From an uncultured delta proteobacterium (lineage in GTDB: Bacteria; Desulfobacterota; Desulfobacteria; Desulfobacterales; SG8-13): 64,000 nt of DNA. Position numbers and translations under genes: made by a program. Each line of letters begins with the position of its first letter. The first letter of the stretch is position 1. The notes under the pieces are model-generated. The model saw nothing but the letters and a program-made list of their open reading frames with translations. It searched no databases and was not told the DNA's origin. This document shows positions 56,275 through 64,000 of the stretch, one piece after another. The stretch covers positions 62,001 through 126,000 of the forward strand of contig CAWKCK010000002.1 of the NCBI GenBank assembly GCA_963848135.1, written 5' to 3'.

Positions 56275-57519
56275 TTAGAGATGCTTGGCAAGGCTGAGCT
56301 GATTTTTGAGGATGCTGACTTTGTATTCCGGTTGCGTCAGGTCGTGGTGGCCACAGATAAATGGGACGTATACCAGAAAATAGCTTTGCGGTGTCAGTTT
56401 GATATTGGCGAGATCGGGGTAGAAAACATTACGCGGTTTGATGAAATCAGCCAGAATGACTTTGAGGCTTTCCACAGCCTCTTCGACGTTTAAGGTGACC
56501 GGATGCATGACACCATCGGGCAAGTGCTCCACCGTGGTCTCCTGTGGTAGGCTCAAGGTCATTTTAGTTGCTAGAGGGAGAAACGTCTGCGGTCTGATTT
56601 TAAATGCCGGGGTAAAGAAGCGGTAGGGTATGTCACGCCATTCCGGGCGGGCGACCACGGGCAGGTTGGCCACCTTGGCCAAATCGGCGTAGGTATCGAG
56701 GACCAAACCCATAATATCGGCCTTAATTCGCCAAAAAGGGAGATACAGAACCGGAAAGTCGGTATCAACGTTGAGTGTCAGATGGCCGAATTTCAACCGT
56801 TTGAGGTGCGAATTGCCCGCTTTCCAGGCGGAATTGCAGTTTCGACAAAGCAACACCAGGGTGTCACGCGGGCCCTCCAGATCCCAACCGCAATCGGGGC
56901 AGAGAGTGGGTAGGAAATTGAGTCCCCAACGGGGTTTGTCGGCCGTTTTCAACATTTGGCTTACGTCATCCGTAATCCGAGTACCGACCGGTTCGTTAAG
57001 GACCGCATCATAGAGGCAATCCTCAACGTAAAACGGGGCGTAGATGAGGCTTGAGTGCTCGCCGATATGCGCCTGGTGATAGATCGGTTTTGGCAGCGGC
57101 TGGCTGTAATTCTGTTCCTGTATTTGCATCATTTGGTCCAAGGATCGGTTGATGGGGAGAAAACGGCCAGCGGATTCAGGCGAAATGAACCGTAGTTTGA
57201 GGGTTTGGCTTCTGAAGCCGAGCGAAATCGGCAAATGCGATGACACCAGAGCCTGGTAGCTGACATCGATATATTTTTGCCGTACACCGTCGGGAACACA
57301 GGAAAAGAGCATTCCTTTGAATCGCCAGTAGGGGATGTAGTAAAGTGTTTTGCCCTCCGGCGCCTTGTCGGGCAGCAGGTAGCGAAAAACGCCACGGGAA
57401 TACAGGTAAGACCTGACCCGGCAGAAGTCGCAGGTAAACAGCCGATCGGTCTCCGAAAGTACGGCGGGAGCGCCGCACTGGGGGCATTGATGCTCAATAA
57501 GAAGATTAAAGTTTTTCAC
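56275..57519 (-). CDS. Zinc-ribbon hypothetical protein (YdjG-like)
   Basis: CPQCGA..CDFC and CPDCGW..CRNC, each followed by Y(I/L)P(Y/F)WR; GTG start overlaps the SPFH stop. Confidence 0.7.
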   Translation of the reverse strand: MKNFNLLIEHQCPQCGAPAVLSETDRLFTCDFCRVRSYLYSRGVFRYLLPDKAPEGKTLYYIPYWRFKGMLFSCVPDGVRQKYIDVSYQALVSSHLPISLGFRSQTLKLRFISPESAGRFLPINRSLDQMMQIQEQNYSQPLPKPIYHQAHIGEHSSLIYAPFYVEDCLYDAVLNEPVGTRITDDVSQMLKTADKPRWGLNFLPTLCPDCGWDLEGPRDTLVLLCRNCNSAWKAGNSHLKRLKFGHLTLNVDTDFPVLYLPFWRIKADIMGLVLDTYADLAKVANLPVVARPEWRDIPYRFFTPAFKIRPQTFLPLATKMTLSLPQETTVEHLPDGVMHPVTLNVEEAVESLKVILADFIKPRNVFYPDLANIKLTPQSYFLVYVPFICGHHDLTQPEYKVSILKNQLSLAKHL

Positions 57520-58642
57520 CGCACTGATTGCAGAACATGGCATCGGTTAAGTTGTCGGTATTGCACTTCCCACAGACGCGAGGCTGCGGCTTCTCGTCTA
57601 CGGCCTGGCCGCAGCGGGGGCAGAATTTTGCACTTGTGGTCAGGTTTTTTCCGCAGTGTCGACATTGGTCGAAAACCACTTGCTGGTGGCCGCACTGAGA
57701 ACAGAACTTGGCATCCACCTGAATGGGGCTTTTGCATTCGGGGCAATTGCTGGCCTGCGCGCCGGTATCGGTCTCGGGTTGGTTCTTTTCACCCGTAAAA
57801 TAGTGCGCAAACATGGCGGGCAGCATCAATCCAACTCCGGCGCCCATGCCCATGGATGCTCCCGAGCTCCCCTCGGCTTCCGATGCTTTTTCCATTGCCA
57901 TGGCCGCTTTCATCTGCATCAGTTTGTTCATGTCATCGAAGACGCCCATACGGCTGCGGTCGTCGATGGCCTGCTGTACTTCGGGAGGCGGCGTGACGGC
58001 ATTAACGTAAATATGCGTCAAACGGATACCGAAATGGCTGAAATCGTTTTGGAGCCGTTCGGAGAGGCCTTGGGAGAGGTCGTCGTATTGGGATGGCAGA
58101 TCGAGGATCGAATTGAGGGTATCGCCCATATAGTCGTTGAAGCGGGAAACGATGACCCGGTTGAGGTACTCTTCGATTTCAGCTGTCGTAAACATTCCCT
58201 TGGTACCGACCATCGCGTTGATGAACAATACCGGCTGCACGATTTGCAGGTTGAAAACACCGAATGCGCGCAGACGGATCAGCCCCAGTTCGGAATCTTT
58301 GAATGCCACCGGGTCCCGGGTTCCCCATTTCAAATTCGTGAAGACTTTCAGATTGACCAGATAGACCTCGGCCCGCAGAGGGCTGCTCATGGCCCACGGC
58401 AGGCTCGCAAGTTTGGTCAATATGGGGATGTTTGCCGTCTTGAGGGTATGACGGCCGGGCCCGAAGACCCCGACGGCTTTGCCGCGATAGAAAAAAATGC
58501 CTGCCTGGCTCTCCCGGACGGTAAGCTGGGCGCCGAATTTGATTTCGCCGGAACCCTCTTCGGGAATCCGGTGGACAAGTTCCTGTCCGGTTTCGTCGAA
58601 CCATTCAATGTTTTCCAAAAAAATGAGGTTATTGGTACCCAT
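57506..58642 (-). CDS. SPFH/band-7 (YdjI-like) protein with C-terminal double zinc ribbons
   Basis: GAQLTVRESQ, VFGPGRHTLKTANIPIL, KWGTRDPV, LRAFG, PPEVQQAID; three pairs of CxxC. Confidence 0.85.
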   Translation of the reverse strand: MGTNNLIFLENIEWFDETGQELVHRIPEEGSGEIKFGAQLTVRESQAGIFFYRGKAVGVFGPGRHTLKTANIPILTKLASLPWAMSSPLRAEVYLVNLKVFTNLKWGTRDPVAFKDSELGLIRLRAFGVFNLQIVQPVLFINAMVGTKGMFTTAEIEEYLNRVIVSRFNDYMGDTLNSILDLPSQYDDLSQGLSERLQNDFSHFGIRLTHIYVNAVTPPPEVQQAIDDRSRMGVFDDMNKLMQMKAAMAMEKASEAEGSSGASMGMGAGVGLMLPAMFAHYFTGEKNQPETDTGAQASNCPECKSPIQVDAKFCSQCGHQQVVFDQCRHCGKNLTTSAKFCPRCGQAVDEKPQPRVCGKCNTDNLTDAMFCNQCGEKL

Positions 58643-58705
58643 GATGCCTCGAGCTCCCGTGTTTAGGTCGTTGGTTTCGTACGCGCTGCGAAAGAACCGT
58701 GAAGG

Positions 58706-59710
58706 CTATCTGCGCAGCTGGTACTTACTAATGGCCTGTTTGTGATCAGTCAGATTGGATGAAAATTGATGCGTTCCATCTTTTTTGGAAACAAAAAACA
58801 GGAATTTTGTCTCGGCCGGATAGAGCGCCGCCGCTATGGATGCCTGTCCCGGACTGGCGATGGGACCGGGAGGCAATCCCTTGATACGATAGGTGTTATA
58901 CGGCGTCGGCGTCTCAAGGTGTTTTCGGGTCAGATTGCCGTTAAAGTCTTGTATCCCGTAAATAACTGTCGGATCGGTCTCCAGCCGCATTCCTTTTCTC
59001 AACCGATTATGAAATACCGATGATATGAGCGGCCTTTCGGACGGCGCACCGGTTTCTTTTTCAATGATGGAAGCCAGAGTGAGGACCTCGTGCAGAGTGA
59101 GACCGAGTTCAGCGGCTCTTTCAATCCAGGCAACGGAGATTTCAGTGTGCAGCCGGGCGACCATCGCCGCGATGATCTGGTCGACTCGGCTGTTTTTTGG
59201 GAAAAAATAGGTATCAGGAAAAAGATAACCTTCGAGGCTTCCGGCATTGATTCCCATTTTTTCAATGCGATCGGGGTCATTTGCAGACTGCAGGAATTCC
59301 TCACGGTCTGCCAGACCGGCGGAATCGATGATATTGGCTATTTGGATTAAGTTTGAGCCCTCCGGAATGGTAAATCGGTAGAGACGAACCTTACCGGATA
59401 CCATGATATCGAGAATCTCACGCGGGGACAAATCCGCCCTGAGAATATACTCCCCGGCCTGAATTCGCTTGTCCGCACCCTTCAGGCGCGCCAGCAGACG
59501 GAATTTGAATGGCTGCCGTATCAAACCGTGGCTATGCAGGATATCTGCGGTCTGCTTTAATGGCTGGCCCCTGCTGACAGTGATAATTTTTTCGACCGTT
59601 TCCGTATTCGCCGGCGAAGCGGCGTAGCGCAGCAGGTCGAAATATCCCAAGATTCCAGCGGCCAATCCTAACAGGCAAATAATTGCAACGATAACGACCC
59701 ATTTTTTCAA
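58706..59710 (-). CDS. mltG: Endolytic transglycosylase MltG (YceG)
   Basis: TM; IQAGEY, TIPEG, LEGYLFPDTY, LASIIEKET, VFHNRL, LETDPTVIY, PYNTY..GLPPGPI. Confidence 0.93.
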   Translation of the reverse strand: MKKWVVIVAIICLLGLAAGILGYFDLLRYAASPANTETVEKIITVSRGQPLKQTADILHSHGLIRQPFKFRLLARLKGADKRIQAGEYILRADLSPREILDIMVSGKVRLYRFTIPEGSNLIQIANIIDSAGLADREEFLQSANDPDRIEKMGINAGSLEGYLFPDTYFFPKNSRVDQIIAAMVARLHTEISVAWIERAAELGLTLHEVLTLASIIEKETGAPSERPLISSVFHNRLRKGMRLETDPTVIYGIQDFNGNLTRKHLETPTPYNTYRIKGLPPGPIASPGQASIAAALYPAETKFLFFVSKKDGTHQFSSNLTDHKQAISKYQLRR

Positions 59711-60013
59711 AATGCAATGCACTCCCCAACAACGTATCGGAGTATTCGGTGATAAAACGCCGCCCCTGACGACCAAATGACACTATATTGTATGTCATTT
59801 GTAACTCTTATGTCAAAGATCTCTTGTCGGTAAGAATGGCGATCACAGGGACTCGTCGGACAAAATGGCCTATAAAGGTTGATATTCTCCAAAATTACCG
59901 TTAAAGAAATTAACTACCATCAGGATCATTTCCGTTTGCGGAGCTGCCGGAAGATTGAAGGCCGGAATGCTTCCTCACGTTGACGACAGATAAGTAATAA
60001 GGAAAGGTCTTTT

Positions 60014-60217
60014 ATGACAAAGCCGAAACTCAAACAACACATCATTAACCGGGACTGGTGCAAAGGATGCGGCATTTGTATCGAGTTTTGCCCCAAAAAG
60101 GTGCTGGAAATCGATGAATCAGAAAAGGCAGTGGCCGCCCGGCTGGAAGACTGCATCTGTTGCCGTCTCTGCGAGCTGCGCTGCCCGGATCTGGCCATAG
60201 AAATCGAAAGCGAATAG
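60014..60217 (+). CDS. oorD: 2-oxoacid:ferredoxin oxidoreductase delta subunit (2x[4Fe-4S])
   Basis: CKGCGICIEFCP and CICCRLCELRCPDLAI; heads the OFOR operon. Substrate not determinable. Confidence 0.88.
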   Translation: MTKPKLKQHIINRDWCKGCGICIEFCPKKVLEIDESEKAVAARLEDCICCRLCELRCPDLAIEIESE

Positions 60218-60226
60218 GCATAGGTT

Positions 60227-61375
60227 ATGAACAAGAATATTAAATTCGTCCAGGGAAACGAAGCGGTAGTAGAAGCTTCGATCTACGCCGGCCTGAATTT
60301 TTACGCCGGATACCCGATTACTCCGTCTTCCGAAATTGCCGAGATTCTGTCCAAGCGTCTGCCGGAGACCGGCGGCAAGTTTATTCAAATGGAAGATGAA
60401 ATCGCGTCGCTATGTGCCATCATTGGGGCTTCTCTGACCGGGAACAAGGTGATGACTGCTACGAGCGGACCGGGGTTTTCACTGATGCAGGAGGCCCTGG
60501 GGTATGCCATTATGACTGAAATTCCTTGTGTGATCGTCAACGTCATGCGCGGGGGGCCGTCGACAGGTATTCCGACCCACGGCAGTCAGGCGGATGTAAA
60601 CCAGGCCCGCTGGGGAACCCACGGTGATCATGCCATCGTCGCGATGACAGCCTCCAATCACCAGGATGTTTTTGAGGTAACGGTTACCGCCTACAATCTC
60701 GCCGAAACCTATCGGACACCGGTAATTCTCCTATTGGATGAAGTCGTCGGACACATGCGGGAACGGTTGGTTATTCCTGAAAAAGGAGAGTTGCCCCTGG
60801 TCGAGAGATTGAAAACTTCCGTCAAGGGAGGGGTCGATTACCATCCCTATCTACCGCGGGAGGACGGACGACTGCCCATGTCGGATTTCGGCGCCGTCCA
60901 CCGCTACAACGTCACCGGACTCTATCATGACATGTGGGGGTTTCCGTCGAGCGACCCCGCAGTCGTGCATGGCCTGATCCGGCACCTGGTTGACAAAATC
61001 GAAAACCGGGTCAACAAACTGGCCCGGTATAAGGAATTCTTTCTGGAGGATGCGAAGATCATTTTCGTATCATACGGATCGGCGGCCCGTTCGGCCTTGC
61101 ATGTGGTTAAAAATCGTCGTTCGCGGGGGGAGCGGCTGGGTTTACTGGAACTCCAAACTATTTGGCCCTTTCCCGACGAAATCGTACGGGAACGCTGCGC
61201 CGGATCCAAAGCCGTGATCGTTGTGGAGCATAACATGGGCCAGGTCATGCAAGCGGTCAAAGCGGCAGTGGACGACCCGGAGAGGGTGTTTTTGGCCAAC
61301 CGTATCGACGGTACGTTTATCACCCCTACCGATATAATGAACATCCTGCGGTTAATTCAGGGAAAGGGAGTGTAA
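60227..61375 (+). CDS. oorA: 2-oxoacid:ferredoxin oxidoreductase alpha subunit
   Basis: QGNEA, AGYPITPSSEI, QMEDEIAS, TATSGPGFSLMQE, RGGPSTGIPT. Confidence 0.92.
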   Translation: MNKNIKFVQGNEAVVEASIYAGLNFYAGYPITPSSEIAEILSKRLPETGGKFIQMEDEIASLCAIIGASLTGNKVMTATSGPGFSLMQEALGYAIMTEIPCVIVNVMRGGPSTGIPTHGSQADVNQARWGTHGDHAIVAMTASNHQDVFEVTVTAYNLAETYRTPVILLLDEVVGHMRERLVIPEKGELPLVERLKTSVKGGVDYHPYLPREDGRLPMSDFGAVHRYNVTGLYHDMWGFPSSDPAVVHGLIRHLVDKIENRVNKLARYKEFFLEDAKIIFVSYGSAARSALHVVKNRRSRGERLGLLELQTIWPFPDEIVRERCAGSKAVIVVEHNMGQVMQAVKAAVDDPERVFLANRIDGTFITPTDIMNILRLIQGKGV

Positions 61376-61379
61376 ATCG

Positions 61380-62183
61380 ATGTCCATTAATAATTACCTC
61401 AGAGAGCGGTTCTTTCCTCACCTCTGGTGTGCGGGCTGCGGGCATGGAATTGTGCTTAACGGACTGCTGCGTGCCATCGAGCAGCTCGGTCTGAGTAAAA
61501 ACGAAATCGTTATGGTGTCCGGCATCGGTTGTTCAGCCCGTATATCCGGCTATGTGGATGTTCATACGATGCACACCATCCATGGCCGGGCGCTGGCATT
61601 TGCCACCGGCGTCAAAATCAGCCGACCGGAGTTGAAGTTGATCGTACCGATGGGTGACGGAGACGCCTTGGCCATCGGTGGAAACCATTTTATTCACGCC
61701 GCACGGCGCAACATAGACATTACGGCAATCGTCATGAACAACAGAATATACGGTATGACCGGTGGTCAGTTTTCGCCACTTTCCGGTTACGGCATTCATG
61801 CCACCACGGCGCCATACGCAAACATCGATCCCGCCTTCAATGTCGTTGAGTTGGCCAAGGCCGCCGGTGCCACTTTTGTTGCCCGTACGACCGCATTCCA
61901 TACCAAACAAATAACCGATTTTGTCAAGCAAGCCATCCTCCACAAGGGTTTTTCGGTGCTGGAGATCATGTCTCAATGTCCGACCCATTTCGGCCGTAAG
62001 AATAAAGAGGGCAGCGCCGTCGACATGTTGAATCTTTTCAAAGAAAGAACCACACCGATTGGGTCCAAGGCCAAGCAGGAAAACCCGGACCTGATCGAAC
62101 GGGGCATTTTCGTTCAGAGTTTGCGGCCGGAATACTGTGAGGAATACGACAAGGTCATCGAGCGGGCGACAGGGGGGCAGTGA
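61380..62183 (+). CDS. oorB: 2-oxoacid:ferredoxin oxidoreductase beta subunit (TPP-binding)
   Basis: WCAGCGHG, SGIGCS, HGRALAFATG, GDGDALAIGGNH, NNRIYGMTGGQ. Confidence 0.92.
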   Translation: MSINNYLRERFFPHLWCAGCGHGIVLNGLLRAIEQLGLSKNEIVMVSGIGCSARISGYVDVHTMHTIHGRALAFATGVKISRPELKLIVPMGDGDALAIGGNHFIHAARRNIDITAIVMNNRIYGMTGGQFSPLSGYGIHATTAPYANIDPAFNVVELAKAAGATFVARTTAFHTKQITDFVKQAILHKGFSVLEIMSQCPTHFGRKNKEGSAVDMLNLFKERTTPIGSKAKQENPDLIERGIFVQSLRPEYCEEYDKVIERATGGQ

Positions 62184-62185
62184 TC

Positions 62186-62728
62186 ATGGAAAGATGCAGA
62201 ATGGTATTTTCAGGCTCCGGCGGGCAGGGCGTCATCACCGCTGCGATAATTATTGCCGAGGCGGCCGTCCTTTATGAGAATCTGAACGCCGTGCAGTCGC
62301 AATCATACGGTGCAGCAGCCAGGGGCGGTTCTACCCGCAGTGATATTATTGTTTCCGATGCCGATATCCACTTTCCCAAGGTCATTCAACCCAACGTACT
62401 GGTATGCCTGACTCAAGAGGCATATAGTGCCTACTACGCCATCATTCGTCCCGGCGGTTTGCTGCTGACTGACACGCGCTACGTGAAAACCGCCAAGAAA
62501 GTCGATGCCCGTCAGGTCGAATTGCCCATTTACCGCAAAGTGGTCGAGGAAATCGGTAAACCGGTCGTATTCAATATATGCATGCTGGGTGCGGTGGTGG
62601 CCTTGACGCAACTCGTCAAACCTGAATCGATCTTACAGGTGCTCGAAAAACGGATACCGCCAGGATTCATCGAGATGAATCGGCGCGCCTTAGAACTGGG
62701 TCTGGAAATTGGCCGGCAAACCGGATGA
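62186..62728 (+). CDS. oorC: 2-oxoacid:ferredoxin oxidoreductase gamma subunit
   Basis: SGSGGQGVI, QSQSYGAAARGG, NICMLG, MNRRALELG. Confidence 0.9.
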   Translation: MERCRMVFSGSGGQGVITAAIIIAEAAVLYENLNAVQSQSYGAAARGGSTRSDIIVSDADIHFPKVIQPNVLVCLTQEAYSAYYAIIRPGGLLLTDTRYVKTAKKVDARQVELPIYRKVVEEIGKPVVFNICMLGAVVALTQLVKPESILQVLEKRIPPGFIEMNRRALELGLEIGRQTG

Positions 62729-62887
62729 TATCGGGCGTGTGGTAGAAAGACGTTGGGTGACGAATACCAGAATGACTCCCGGAAAAGCCGGAGGAATGGG
62801 TTGTGAACCGTTCACGGCGGTCTTTTAAACCATTGTTGCGGGCAACCCGCCGTGGTCCTTGAGGGTTTTTTGTGGAAAACAGCCTTT

Positions 62888-64000
62888 CTAAAGTAAATTC
62901 CGAACGGCCCTGACATAAAAATATGCACTGAAGTCCTGCCAGGCGACGAATCCTAGGTCGCTGCTGACGAACCAGGCGGCGGTGAACGACCGCCGATCGC
63001 AGCTCCAAATCCACGTCTGTTCAGGGTCGAATATCGGTTCAATGCAGTGCTCATTTCCGGTGGGGAGCCCTGTCAAAAGGGTCATGAGCTCCGTTATGGT
63101 GGGCAAGCGCCAGTCGGATTGCCCGGCGAAACTTTCTGCATTGATCTGATCGATGTAATTTCCGGCATGCCGCCAACTCATTGGAAACGCCGAGCCTGCC
63201 TGTTGCCACATGAGTCCGCTGGCGGCATCGATTATCGTTTTATTCCGATTGATCTTGAAATCATTGTTACAATAGACCAGGGGGCGCCAGAGCCGATCGA
63301 CAGCCAGTAGTTCCCGTGCTGATCGCGGGTCGACCTTGATGCAATGGCTGCGGAGCTGAACCGCCTCCGATACGGCTGAGCTTTGCGAACGATCGACGCT
63401 AACCGCCGGCGTAATACAGAAGTCTTTTTTCTTGTTCTGCCAGTCACGCTCGAGTTCTTCCAGGGCGAGGAGCATATCAGTGGCCGAAGAAAAACGATCA
63501 TTCGCGTTATGCGCGATCGCCCGATAGATAAAATCATCCCATGATTGGTCCAGATCGGCATTGAAGGTGGTTACCGGATGGTAATCTTCAGCAGGCAAGA
63601 CACCGGTCAGCATACGGTAGAAAGTCACTCCCACGGAATAGAGGTCGGCGGTGGAAGTGACCTGGTCCGGGTCGGTTTCCTGTTCCGGAGCCGCATACCA
63701 GGGCGAACCGACTTTTAGGGTCGCTGGTCCGGCGAATTTTTCTCCGCGTAACTTGGAAAGACCGAAGTCACAAATTTTGACAATGTCCTGATCGGTGATC
63801 AGCAGATTGAAAGGTTTTATATCACGATGAATGATACCGGCGTAATGCAGGCAGGTGAGGCCCTGGAGAGTATGCCGAGTGTAATGAATGGCCTTATCGA
63901 TGCTAATCTGCCGAGAAGGTTCATCGGGGCGGTGACTCTCTCCTATCAGAACACCCAGATTATTCACGTGGTAGGCCATCAGGTAGAACGGCCGGCAATT
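62888..64000 (-). CDS. Ser/Thr protein kinase with C-terminal DUF1566 (Lcl-like) domain; 5' end outside the window
   Basis: HRDIKPFN, KICDFG, YAAPEQ, DLYSVG; then DAASGLMWQ...DWRLPTITEL...WIWS...YVRAVR. Confidence 0.88.
   Translation of the reverse strand, partial: NCRPFYLMAYHVNNLGVLIGESHRPDEPSRQISIDKAIHYTRHTLQGLTCLHYAGIIHRDIKPFNLLITDQDIVKICDFGLSKLRGEKFAGPATLKVGSPWYAAPEQETDPDQVTSTADLYSVGVTFYRMLTGVLPAEDYHPVTTFNADLDQSWDDFIYRAIAHNANDRFSSATDMLLALEELERDWQNKKKDFCITPAVSVDRSQSSAVSEAVQLRSHCIKVDPRSARELLAVDRLWRPLVYCNNDFKINRNKTIIDAASGLMWQQAGSAFPMSWRHAGNYIDQINAESFAGQSDWRLPTITELMTLLTGLPTGNEHCIEPIFDPEQTWIWSCDRRSFTAAWFVSSDLGFVAWQDFSAYFYVRAVRNLL

Noticed and set aside
59830..59875. Two AATGGC hexamers upstream of the oxidoreductase operon as a second ANTAR site
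   Set aside because: No closing stems and no overlapping terminator.
1..64000. CRISPR arrays, tRNA/rRNA genes, IS transposases, prophage genes
   Set aside because: None recognised by eye; covariance-model scans were not possible, so small RNAs could have been missed.

Overview
A 64-kb chromosomal window, most likely from a sulfate-reducer-type deltaproteobacterium (Desulfobacterales-like; inferred from gene content). No rRNA, tRNA, CRISPR array or transposase was recognised. In order it holds: (1) a PAS-HisKA / REC-DUF4388 / Roadblock / TPR-PilB(GspE) signalling-motor cluster; (2) rsmG, an FHA protein, a metallophosphoesterase, a 1276-aa acidic TPR protein, a USP, a polar amino-acid ABC SBP with two permeases, and a UPF0210 + ACT pair; (3) a soluble HdrA / HdrA-Fd-MvhD / HdrD-like operon whose last gene is split in the ORF track but is probably one selenoprotein (in-frame TGA plus SECIS-like hairpin); (4) a PUFA-synthase (pfaD-pfaA-pfaBC) plus oleABCD olefin supercluster, interrupted by gspN-C-D, a Cys-cluster gene, a cold-shock gene and a divergent MerR-like gene; (5) xerD and an Xaa-Pro peptidase; (6) a GAF-ANTAR gene, a clear ANTAR dual-hairpin/terminator leader in front of a stand-alone FMN glutamate-synthase-family gene, and a degenerate KaiC-like/XRE/cupin regulator; (7) an SPFH-zinc-ribbon pair, mltG, a four-subunit 2-oxoacid:ferredoxin oxidoreductase and a partial Ser/Thr kinase-DUF1566. 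Three long intergenic imperfect hairpins look like related miniature repeat elements. All calls come from reading motifs by eye; no database searches were run.
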